From Leucoraja ocellata (Eukaryota), in assembly GCA_036785375.1 (NCBI GenBank), contig JAWMAR010002203.1, positions 62,001 to 126,000 of the forward strand: a stretch of 64,000 bases of DNA, in the 5' to 3' direction. Within the stretch, counting starts at the first letter, position 1. Every line of letters begins with the position of its first letter. Shown here piece by piece: positions 1 to 11,622 of this stretch. The notes under the pieces are model-generated. The model was not told where the DNA came from. It did not search any database and saw only the letters and a program-made list of their open reading frames with translations. The position numbers and the translations under genes are program-made.

Positions 1-1585
1 TCCTTGAATCAGGTCGGGTAGGCAACACTGAATGTAGTTATTAACCAGCCTCGTAGTATTTTGGAGGGTTACGATAGAATGGTGGGATCAGAAGTGACTA
101 AAATGGCAATAGGCCATTTTGGTGTTCCAGTTTCTTTCATGTTAGTGTTTATTCTTTGTCTGAAGTGGTGAAATCCTGAACTGCATTGGCGAGATGAAGG
201 GAAACTAATGCCATGGAAAGGAGTAAACCTCAAAGCTGACATGCCTCATGATACCAGTTATAGTTAGTTGATAAACAATCACCATGCCTGTAAATCAGTG
301 GTCTGAAGATGATGGCCTGGAGCTGGGAACTTGTTGAAAGCACATCTACCATGTCTCGAATATATTTGAAGACACGAGATCAACTGCTGAAAAATAATAC
401 CGGGGGTTTTGGAGAAAAAATACTGGTATCATAGAATTTGATAAAAATTTACTGCTCAGGATGCCATTTGCCTCTGCTTTCCAGAGCTCGGTCTTTGGTC
501 CTTCAGATCATGGCTCGTCAGTACTACTTAAGGGTGTTTCGCACAGAAATATTCACATTTGGGTCTGAATGTCAAACTTTTTCCACAGTCTAAAAGGGAA
601 AAAAATCCTCTGTTTTTGTTCTTTAATTATTTTATCAATTACTTGAAATCTGTGTCTTCTGCTTTTATGATGTGCTAAGATTGCTTTTTGCCTGGGCCAT
701 TCATAATTTTATATGCCTCTCAATTCAGTCTCTTAATTGGTTCCCGGTACCAATGAGCACAACCTGAGCTGATCAAATCTTTTCTAATTTCTAGTTTTCC
801 AATCATATCTTTTGCATCTCTTCTGGTGAAATGGCATCTCTTTTACAATGCAGTGGTGACCAGAACAGATGCTGCACCCAAACTGTTTACACCTTACCAA
901 AGTTGTATTAACAAGTTGAGTTCTACTGAGTAAACAGCTGTTTGTGCCTGAAATGTGAAAGGCTGTTGAAGCACTAAGTGGCAACTTTTCACTTGACTGT
1001 AATGGAAAATGGTTAGTAATTGACCATGATTACTCCGTTTGAAACATAGGCAGTTTAAGCAGCAGGGCCTGCATTGTAAAGCAGCAGGCGTGTGCAGTAT
1101 AATTTACAGTTGTCATTCCCTTGAATAAAATTAAAACTGCATTTGTTGACATGGCAATTGAATTTTTGGTTCCAGTTGCTGTGGGTTTGCTGCTGAGATT
1201 TTATTTGCCAAGGAGTGAAATTTGACCATCTATATTTGTGAGATGTAAGTGTTGTAATAGAAAATGGTGATGTTATCTATAATTTACAGCATTTTCTGTT
1301 TTCACTGTAATATCTCTGCATTGCTCTGCTGCCTTTCTGGTATACACTTAGCGGTTCTCTTTGGTTGGTATTTTGAGACGTTGCTGAGGCCTGCTGTAAC
1401 TTCATCCAGTAGGAGCAAAAGTATTGTTTTTGATCGATATGGCAGCACCGAAACCAGAACAGAGAACTTGTGATGATTTGCTGCACTTGATTCTGTGATG
1501 ATTTGCCTGCACTTGGTTCTTAGTAAGAACTGCATGTTGCTCCAGATCAGATTCTGATTTGGGGTCAGATTAGTGTCATATATAT

Positions 1586-1908
1586 GGGTGGTACAGCAGG
1601 TAGAGCTGCAGCCTCACGGCACTAGAGGCCATGTTCAATGCTGACCCTGACTGTCTGTGTGGAGTTTGCTTGTTCTCCCTGTGACTGCGGGTTTCCATCA
1701 GTTACACTGATTCCTCACCCCCCCCCCTCCCCCCCCCGACATCCTAAAGATGTGTGGGTTCATTGGTTAAGTGGCCTATAAATTTCCTCTGATGAGTGGG
1801 AGTGGATGCTGAAGTGGGATAACATACAACTAGTGTGAACGGGTGATCAATGTTAGGCATGCTCTCATTGGGTCGAAGGGGCTGTCCCATTGCTGTATCT
1901 TTTAATTC
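1586..1908 (+). mobile_element. tRNA-derived V-core SINE (HE1-like)
   Basis: tRNA-like head, V core tgtgtggagtttgc..gttctccctgtgac, CR1-like tail gggtcgaagggg.ctgt. Confidence 0.75.
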
Positions 1909-4457
1909 AATGCCAGGGTGCAATGAAATCCTCAGTTCAGACGAAACAGTATACATATTGAAATGATAAATATAACAGTTAATATGAGTGCAACACAGGA
2001 ATGGTGCAAGTTGCTGTACCAAAGCCCTCTCGAATATGCTTCCTAGAGAGATTGACAGCACTCGTTAAGGATGCTTCTGTGGATGTGACTTGATCGGGGA
2101 TTGAGTAATATTTGGGTCATTGCTACCATGAGACTGGACTGATGAGACTTTATCTAGTCTAGATACAGTGATGCATATCTACAGATGGTTGAGATTTGTG
2201 CGGTAGTATTTTAAAAAAAACTGGTGGACATGTGCATTTTGCGCAGTGGCAGCCATCTGCCATGGTAAGCATTATCTCAGTCATTGGGTAGTAAGGGCAC
2301 TTTCTAAACGACTATTAATGTGGTTTAATAAGTGCGATATCAGGCTCCCAAGTACCATTCCAACTGGGTTTCAAATAGCAATAATCTCATCATACTGAAC
2401 ATCCCAAACCTTCAAACAGAATGAGACTATAAACTGACATATGTGCTGGCTGAAGATCCGCCTGCCTCATCCCAGTGCCCAGCCCATGGTGAGTCAACTT
2501 GCAATTTGTGGAACGGCAAGGGTACGTCTAACTATTTTTATTTCTTTAACAGTGTTTTTTTTTTTTTTTTCTCGCCGCTATTCAGGCAGGGTTCCAGAGC
2601 CGCCTAGAGGTGAAATGTTTTTCTACGATAGTTCCCAGGTTACTTCAAATGTGTATCTTCTTAGTAACCTCTCAGGGGATTGACCGTAACTTAGGTGCCT
2701 GAAAATGTATTGAGCCCAATTAGATTTCCCCTCTTATGTTGGACAGAGAACTAGTGTTCGGCGAAGTGGCATATAGTCTATGCTTGGTCTCCCCTCTTAT
2801 TCTAATTTAGCAATCCCAATTCATCCAATATTCTTCATTTCTGCAATCTCCTCTACCTTTCAGTGCACTCACACCCTTCATATATGGTGATGATCAGCAT
2901 TACATGTGGTACTCTAGTGGTGCACTAAATTCCAATCAGATACTAATCACTTGGTTTCCACCCACTCTTTCGCTAATAAAACAGAGTGTGTTCTGTGTTG
3001 CCTTAATCATCTTATCTATCTTTCCTGCCTTCTGGAATCTATTCTTGTGTACTTTAAGATCCCTCAATGTGCCATTCATTTGTAGTCCTTACATTTGATG
3101 TACATTCCCTTGCTCTGTTTTTGCGATAGTTTCCAGAAGGCTTGAGCTTTCTGCGTCACCAATAACTACCCAGTCAATGTTTTTACTGACAAATTAACTC
3201 TAAATTGTCAATTTTATTTTGTACCTCTTGCTTCAAGCTACAGTAGATTAAATCCCAGATTCATGCTTTGTCTTAAATTGTTGGATTGTGATGCAATTTT
3301 GGTTGGCTTTCCCTGGACCACTTGTGACCACTTTATTAATGAGTATAGATGGCAGTAAGGATCATTACCCATCTGAAGCAAAGGCTGTGAGGTTCTGCAA
3401 ACTATGTGATTGCTTGTTATTTGGTACGGGTGCTTGGAGATACTTGCAAAAACAAATCGGCAGCTTTGTAATTTTCATGTACGTGCTACCAGTTGGTTTT
3501 ATTGTCAGGTTGCCCACATACACTGGTTATACTTGGACATTGTGTGAGCAGCAGGCTACTCGTCTTTCTGTCAATCCACCTGCCTCTGGTTTGTTGAACA
3601 GTCCCATACGTAGTCCTAGTGTATACATTTTATCATGGCGCTACAGCTGTTCAATAAACTAAGCACTTGCCTTTAGAAAGTAATTGTTAGAAAAGCCTGC
3701 CTTTCTGGCAATAATATCAACAACTACCTACGGAGTAATTTATATTTTATAACCAGTTGCAGCTGAGGGGGCATTACATCGTGTTTCCATTGCTGAAACT
3801 GGATGATTTCAGTGAAACGTTTTATAATCGAACCCGAATGGAAGTCCAATCATTTAAACTTGAACTTTGGGTCAGGACTACGGAGGTGATTTTTTTCACT
3901 CAGGCTGGTGGGTGGTTGTGGAAGCAGTAGTTTGAGACACTGCATGATAATGAGTAGAAAAGATCACATTGTTTAAGCACATGGCAGAACATTAAAACAT
4001 ATTGGCATCAGTTAAATAGATTTCCCTGATGGTATTTTGATAGCGATGTGCTTGTAAAGCTTGTGTAATGTGGGCTAATTTGACAGATGTTGCTCCAAAA
4101 GCTAAGTAGAACCGGAAGGGTGCCTATGTCCTAAAACTTTGATATTTCCACACTCATTATTACTCAGCCTGTGTCTTCCCACTCATCAGATCTCTTCCTT
4201 AACTACAGGAGGTCATTGCCAAAACAGTAAGTTTCTGCACTTTTCGATCAAAGATATCAAACTTTGTGAGTATAAGACATTGTAAAGATTTTAAATTAGA
4301 TCACTGTTGCCATAATTGCATTATGGCATTTCCTATGCTTGGCTCGTGGTTAGTTGGTCCAACTACCTCAGTAGCAAACCTGGTCCTGTGCTCCTTTGAT
4401 TTTAATATGGGTTGTACTGCTGAAAACATTGCTAGCTACTGTTCAATGCTGGGAATC

Positions 4458-5599
4458 CTGAAGTTGGAGATGTTGGGGGTTGATGCTGGCACATGTAGCT
4501 GGGTCCTGAACTTTCTGTCGCAACGGCAGCAGACAGTCAGGGTGGGCAGTAGGACATCAAAAACCATAGCCGTGAGCACTGGCTCACCCCAAGGCTGTGT
4601 CCTAAGCCCCCTTCTGTTTAGTCTGCTGACACACGACTGTACTGCCAGACTCAATAACAACTTCATCAACAAGTTCGCTGATGACACAACAGTGGTGGGT
4701 CTCATCAGTGACAATGATGAATCGGCGTACAGGATGGAGGTGGAGCTGCTCACAGGTTGGTGCAAATCCCACAACCTCATTCTTAACGTGGGAAAAACTA
4801 AGGAGATGGTGGTTGACTTCAGGAGGGCGGGGAAACAACACCATACACCTCTACACATTGACGGAGCTGATGTGGAAAGGGTCAGCAGCATGAAGTTCTT
4901 AGGACTACATCTGTCTGATGACCTGACGTCCACGGCCAACACCACAGCTCTGGTCAAGAGAGCCCAGCAGCGACTTCACCCTCTCCGAAGACTATGTAAA
5001 GCAGGCCTCCCCACCACACACCTACGGACTTTTTATAGGGGGACTGTCGAGAGCACACTGACATACGGCATCACTTCCTGGTTCGGGAGCTGCAAGGCGT
5101 ACGAACGGCAACAACTGGACAGGATAGTGAAGACCGCAAGCAGGATTATTGGTGCTCCACTCCCCTTCCTGCTGGACATATACAGGAAGAGATGTATCAA
5201 CAGAGCCATCTCCATCATCAAAGACCCTTACCACCCATCGCATGACATTTTCTCCATCCTCCCATCTGGGAAGAGGTACAGGAGCATTAGCTGCAAAACC
5301 AGCAGGATGCTCCTCAGCTTCTTCCCACAGGCTATAAGACTGTTAAATGGACTTTGCCCCCTGCCAATTATCGCGCACAAACCCCCACACTGCAGCAGAG
5401 CCACTGTTGTGCCGCTGCCGGTCGGAACGGCTGTTGAATGTTTAGTTTAGTAGAGTGTTAAATTTGTTCATGACATGTATTTTTTATTTTCATTTCTATT
5501 TATTTTTTAATGCAAACTGAATGGACACTGGTTGAGCAACGTTTTTTTTGTTTCCTCTGGTATGCGAATACTCAGGAAATGACAATAAAGATATACAAT
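4458..5599 (+). mobile_element. 5'-truncated Rex1/Babar-type LINE (C-terminal half of RT, open frame to 5450, plus 3' UTR)
   Basis: GSPQGCVLSPLLFSL, KFADD, KTKEMVVDFR and LPSGKRYRSI motifs. 3' end GACAATAAAG. The first ~64 aa of ORF 4266-5450 are flanking read-through. Confidence 0.9.
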
Positions 5600-6183
5600 G
5601 TTTCTTTCCATCGCGACTCGGCAAAATGTCAATTTGTTCCACTGTCCTGCCCTTAGTCTAAGCTTGGGTGATTTGCATCAGTCACAGTGTGTGTACTGCA
5701 GGCAACTTGGGATCATGCCTGCACACCTAGGACCTGTTCTATGACATCAGGTTGCTTATCTATCTGTTGTGCCATTGGGTCAGTCTCTTGGCTAAATCCG
5801 TTCTTCAAAGATCTAGTATACGTGGCCAGTAAAAGATCCTCTTGCAGCCTCGAAATGTAACTCATTAGGTATTGAATTAAAATAAAGGCAAACAACAGGA
5901 TTAGGTCACTGCTTCCATTCTGAGCTTCCTTGAACCTCTATTGGAAATCAAATGCATAAAATACATTGATCATCAAGAAAATGTACTAAGTTTCAGCAGT
6001 TGCAAAAGAATATATGTTCTTAAAAGGCATTTAACTCCAAAGAAGGTGATGGCTACCAAGCGTATAGTGTTTCATGTATTTCACTGTTCCTTGACAATAA
6101 AAGAATCATTGAACCATTAGATATTCAATATTTCTTTGATAGAATAGCAAAACCTTGAAGAAATCCACATCAAATCAATTGAT

Positions 6184-6452
6184 GGTAGACAAAAGTGCTG
6201 GGGAAACTCGGCGGGTGAGGCAGCATCTATGGAGCGAAGGAAATAGGCAAGGTTTCGGTCCGAAACCCTTCTTCAGATGCATCATTTGATGCTGGTGTGG
6301 CCTGTTAACCTGCTGCATGTCTCTGCTGTGTTGATAAAGTGTTAAAGAAGGAACTGCAGATGCTTGAAAATCGAAGGTACACAAACATGGTGGAGAAACT
6401 CAGCGGGTGCAGCAGCATCTATGGAGCGAAGGAAATGGGCAACGTTTCGGCC
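6184..6452 (-). repeat. Two Penelope-like short repeats (6184-6277, 6341-6452)
   Basis: Reverse complement of the ctgaagaagggtttcgg.ccgaaacgttgcc...gctgagtttctccagca family. A + strand partner lies at 7113-7187. Confidence 0.65.
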
Positions 6453-7110
6453 AGAAACATAGAAACATAGAAATTAGGTGCAGGAGCAGGCCATTCGGCC
6501 CTTCGAACCTGCACCGCCATTCAATATGATCATGGCTGATCATCCAACTCAGTATCCCGTACCTGCCTTCTCTCCATACCCCCTGATCCCCTTAGCCACA
6601 AGGGCCACATCTAACTCCCTCTTAAATATAGCCAATGAACTGGCCTCAACTACCCTCAGTGGCAGAGAGTTCCAGAGATTCACCACTCTCTGTGTGAAAA
6701 AAGTTCTTCTCATCTCGGTTTTAAAGGATTTCCCCCTTACCCTTAAGCTGTGACTCCTTGTCCTGGACTTCCCTAACATCGGGAACAATCTTCCTGCATC
6801 TAGCCTGTCCAACCCCTTAAGAATTTTGTAAGTTTCTATAAGATCCCCTCTCAATCTTCTAAATTCTAGAGAGTATAAACCAAGTCTATCCAGTCTTTCT
6901 TCATAAGACAGTCCTGACATCCCAGGAATCAGTCTGGTGAACCGTCTCTGCACTCCCTCTATGGCAATAATGTCCTTCCTCAGATTTGGAGACCAAAACT
7001 GTACGCAATACTCCAGGTGTGGTCTCACCAAGACCCTGTACAACTGCAGTAGAACCTCCCTGCTCCTATACTCAAATCCTTTTGCAATGAAAGCTAACAT
7101 ACCATTCGCT
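6453..7110 (-). mobile_element. CR1 LINE 3' fragment (young)
   Basis: ORF 6549-7100: LYRVLVRPHLEYCVQFWSP...RLRGDLIETYKI...FFTQRVVNLWNSLP. Tandem GAAACATA tail. Confidence 0.93.
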
Positions 7111-9427
7111 ACAAACGTTGCCTATCTCCTTCGCTCCATAGATGCTGCTGCACCCGCTGAGTTTCTCCAGCATTTTTGTGTACCTTCTGCTGTGTTGGAT
7201 GTTCTCCAAAGCACTATGGTGGCACGTGCTTGTTTCAAAATCTTTTCTGTTTAGATGCAATCAGTCTTTGATAAAAGGTGGCCAAAATACAAAGGTAATG
7301 GAAGTGAAAACGTGTTGAAAATAAGTGCCTCAACTATCTGAAAGCAAATCCATGCCTATGTGTAATTTCAGGTTTCACTTGTAGGGTTAACAAGAAGTTG
7401 TTGATGTTTTCCAAAGTAGGTCAACGTGTGTGTGTTTGTGTTGAATACTGATGTTCATGCATGCTCACTGACTTGTTCTTTTATTGACCATTCTATTTTC
7501 TCATTCCTCTTATCTCTGCTTAACAAAACCTTCCTTGTAATGTCCTCCCTCCTGATCACAAAGTTTAAAATGGATTTATCCGTAACTGCAACAAATGATG
7601 TCTTGCGTGCAGCTGAGGAATGTATTTTGTCCTAGGATAAGACAGATGATACGATATGTGTGTTTTGTTACCGTGAGCTCAGAATTTTGAGTCCTGCATC
7701 ACCAAGACCAACATTTTTGTTTGTTTTATTGTCTGATATTTAGAATTATGTTTACATTTCTTCTAGTTTGTGATTATTACAAAGTCATTGTTTGATTTAA
7801 ATGTAAATCTCCTTGGAGGATTCTGCTGCAGTTAAGCATCTGATGACTGAAGAAATTGCCAAGTAAAACTTTAAAGGGCAGCTGTCTGATTTATCTGTAA
7901 AATTTCTCCATCGCATTTATTAAAAATTTCTTGTACGAGAGCAGATTCGCCATTTTGAGACTCTTATCAGAGAAGAGTTGATCTCTACTCTGGAATGCCT
8001 TTGCTTGTTTTAAGAGGATACAAATTTGGACTGGCCTGGTAATGCTCTGCTGGGACCTAATTCTGTACAAAATGCTTCAGTGGTTGCCCAGATACCTTTC
8101 GTTGCCAAGCTGTTTGTATATTTACTTTTAGCCTGGAAAAGAAAATGGCATTTTCCATTCAGAATTTGCTGTTCATTCTGGTTCGGGGTGGGGCAGGGTA
8201 AAGTCCTCTTCATGTGACAATATCGTTTAATTCTAAGCTTACCTCACAAATTAATTAAAATTCCCATGTTTGCAATACTGAAAAATGCAGACTTCGCAGG
8301 GTTTGTTTTGTGATCAATGGCATTTGTTAATTCGGGACAAAACTTGCAATCGCGGCACAGGGCGAGAGAGGATAAAACCAGATGGGGTTTAAATCTGGCA
8401 TTAGACTTTAGTTTAGACTTAGAGGTACACTGCAGGAACAGACCCCTTGGCTCACCGGGACTGTGCCGACCAGTGATCACTCCATCCACTAGGCTATTTT
8501 GCCCATGCCGAACGCCTTCACGGCACACATGGGAGAAGATGAGGGAAGGACGTGAGCAAATGTGATAAAATGACTGATGTAAAACAAATGCTGTATTGTC
8601 ATTGTTGACTTGGCATGCTGTATTGTGTTGCAGATGAGGCATTAAGTAACGTTCCATCTGCATTGTGAGTGGGACGTAAAAGATCTGGTGGTGTGTTTTG
8701 AAGAAACAGCAGCATGGGGTGCCTTATCCCGGAAGCATTCTTATAGGATTGACCTTTAGTGCCTCTGGGGGGAAAAAAAAATTGCATGTCTACTTTTTCC
8801 ACCATATAGTATCAGGGACAATGTTTAATTAAGTAGCAGTTTTCTTTTACTACAGTTATGTGCAGTGTTAATAGATGCACCAAGAAAATTTCAAAAGGCA
8901 ATGACATATAGGTGGGTTGCTATCAAGTATAAAGATTTGAAATCCTTTAAATGGTCATAAATTCCAGGTACCAATCACTTAATTCCCTCTCTGATAATGG
9001 AATGTCTTGCCTACACATATTCCAAAAAATTCCCTTATCCCACAGTGTTTCTCCAGAAGAAAGATCTAAAATGAGAGATCATTCTCATAAAGGGAAACCA
9101 ATCTTCTTCAGGCAGTGATAACACATGCGTCACAGGTACCCTATGAACGTTTGCACCCAATATATGCATCTGGTCTCAGAATGCTCTAGAGCACCCACTT
9201 TTTTATTTATAGACAAATGCAGTAACTATTTAGGTCCAATCAGGATCACAAACTGGAAATTGCCTAGTTAAATCGCTGGATTTCAAAGAAGAATGCTTTT
9301 TCCATTGCCGAAGAGAAGTCATTGATGAAATGCCAACTGTTTCTATCTCCACTTTTTTTTTTGCCATTTTTTATTTGTTTCATAATTCAAGCAGTCATTA
9401 CATTTAATGAAGATTATTTAATTTTTT

Positions 9428-9555
9428 CTGAAGAAGGGTCTTGACTTGAAACGTCACCCATTCCTTCTCTCCGGAGATGTTGCCTGTCTTGCTCAGTTAC
9501 TCCAGCATTTTGTCTATCTTTATTTGAAACAGCATCTGCAGTTCCTTCCTACACA
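9428..9555 (+). repeat. Penelope-like short repeat
   Basis: ctgaagaagggtcttgacttgaaacgtcacccattcc...gcagttccttcctacac. Confidence 0.65.
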
Positions 9556-9714
9556 TTAAATTTAATAACACTAAAACTTATAAAATGATCATGACTTCAC
9601 CGTTGACAGAAGTTTGTTTTACATGAATTGCTCTTCAAAGTTCCATCACTGTAACATTGAAAGCATTCTGGAATTATTTCATTGGCTGTAGAGCATCTTG
9701 AGGTAAAATACGCT

Positions 9715-10010
9715 ATACAAAAGGTCTGGATAGAATGAATGTGGGGAGTATGTTTCCACTGGTGGGAGAGTGTCATAGCCTCAGAATAAAAGGTGAATCT
9801 GTGGAATTCACTGCCACAGAAGGCTGTGGAGACTGTCAATGGATATTTGTAAGGTGGAGATTGACAGATTCTTGATTTGTAAGGGTGTCAGGTGTTATGG
9901 GGTGAAGGCATGAAAATGGGGTTGAGAGGGGAAAGATAGATCAGGCATCATTGAATGGCGGAGTAGACTTGATGAGCCGAATGGCCTAATTCTGTTACTA
10001 GAACATGTGA
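9715..10010 (+). mobile_element. Decayed CR1 3' fragment
   Basis: ggtgaatctgtggaattcactgccacagaaggctgtggag...gccgaatggcctaattct. Confidence 0.75.
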
Positions 10011-10565
10011 ACAACCAGGAGTTTGTTTCTTTTTTTGCATATGGGTGTCAGGAAGCAAAATTGCTGTCTGTGAAGTGTGTTCTTGTAGTACTTTAGTTTG
10101 CTGACACAGCTCCGTTTACATCAGAAAATCAAATACACGTCGTAGTACTGATTCTGTTGTTGAAAGTAACTGTGAGCAAATAGAATTACTTAATTTGCAA
10201 GGCCGGGAAATGGTTTCGAAAAGGAGCCTGAGTCACTGGAGCCCTAAGTTCCCAAATGTTAGAAATGCATTCAGCATGATGCAGCCCTGCGAATGAAATA
10301 GTCAAATGTTTCAAAGCTTATTTGAATCTTAAATTGACTTTGATAGTTTGACCTTTTTAAGGCTAATCATATGTTTTCATGTTTTATCACTGCTTCAAGG
10401 GCAAAAAAGGTCTAAGATGTGTTCATTAATGATTAGGGTACATTACAGAGGTGTACCATCCTATTTGGCTTAACTGCAATATGTTCCTTCAATTATATTG
10501 AACTTTATGGTGCAGGTGAGCATGTTAAGGAAATGCAGGGAATGGCTGAGGTCTGAGAATAGAGC

Positions 10566-11016
10566 TGACGTCACTTTGACCTTGGTAAGCACAGCAGGAT
10601 TATGCTCTTTCAGTGTGCAATGCCATAAAGGCTGGCACTTCTAGGGATGGGGAAAACTATCGACTTTTTGCAGGAAGCCGTTGTCTCTTGTAATTTTGGA
10701 TTGCTGCTGTTTCTAGGGAAGGAGCTGAATGTCAGAGTTAAACAGTGTCGGGTTTGAATACTGGTGCTGCAGATACAGGCAGCTGAATTCCGCATTTTAG
10801 AGATAATTCTTTACAGTACGGTTAGCTGATTTCCTCCCTCCTCCCTCTCCCAAAAGGATCCTCCAGTCAAAGGGTTGCTGTTTTTTTAAGAAAACGCAAA
10901 CTAGGCAGGAGATGAAAAGAGGGACAGAGGTTGTTTTGTATGCATTTAGGCCACACGCTCTCCCGTTGCAGGACAAGGGTCTACAATTTCCGTTATTAAT
11001 TGAAACAGTATAAATA
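10566..11016 (+). promoter_or_regulatory. Putative internal promoter for the alternative first exon
   Basis: Perfect CRE TGACGTCA at 10566-10573 and TATAAATA at 11009-11016, in an apparently repeat-free stretch upstream of the MKCF exon. Confidence 0.4.
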
Positions 11017-11102
11017 GATAGAAGGGCTTACTCCTTTCTTGTTTTGGGGTGTGTTGTTAATAAATGAAACTCCAGCAGCATATCGGTGGTATACTGCAGA
11101 AG

Positions 11103-11193
11103 ATGAAATGCTTTCACTGTCATTTCTTCTATTCAATTAAATCATCATTCTCTGGCCTACATGCGCTGATGTCCACTTCACCCTATAACCAAG
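11103..11193 (+). CDS. PPP2R2A: Candidate alternative first coding exon of PPP2R2A (MKCFHCHFFYSIKSSFSGLHALMSTSPYNQ), B-beta2-like N-terminus
   Basis: aagATG start, 30 codons plus G, then donor AAG|GTATGG in phase 1, matching exon 3. Begins MKCF like PPP2R2B isoform B-beta2. TATAAATA at 11009. Confidence 0.62.
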
Positions 11194-11314
11194 GTATGGG
11201 ATGTTCATTTTTTTTGGTAAGATGTGGGTTTTATTTTGACAATGTAACATCTATTGTGCAAGCAAACTGCCAATGAACATGTTTTGTTAGTTAGCTGAAT
11301 GAACTGATTATTGG

Positions 11315-11622
11315 AAGTCTAGGACTAGAGGTCAAAGCCTCGGAATTAAAGGACGTTCTTTTAGGAAGGAGATGAGGAGAAATGTCTTTAGTCAGACGGT
11401 GGTGAATCTATGGAATTGTTTGCCACAGAAGGCTGTGGAGGCCATGTCAGTGGATATTTTAAAGGCAGAGATCAATAGATTCTTGATTAGTGCAGGTGTC
11501 AGAGGTTATTGGGAGAAGGCAGGAGAATGGGGTGAGGAGGGAGAGATAGATCAGCCATGATTGAATGGCAGAGTAGACTTGATGGGCCGAATGGCTTAAT
11601 TCTACTCCTATTCCTTATGACC
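11315..11622 (+). mobile_element. CR1 LINE 3' fragment
   Basis: MRRNVFSQTVVNLWNCLPQKAVEA and the typical 3' UTR gatgggccgaatggc. Confidence 0.85.

Noticed and set aside
4266-5450. 394-aa ORF as a host gene
   Set aside because: It is a truncated LINE reverse transcriptase fused by chance to upstream non-coding sequence.
7538-7635. Possible additional PPP2R2A first exon (MDLSVTATNDVLRAAEE)
   Set aside because: The only phase-1 donor is weak (AAT|GTATTT) and no homology is recognisable.
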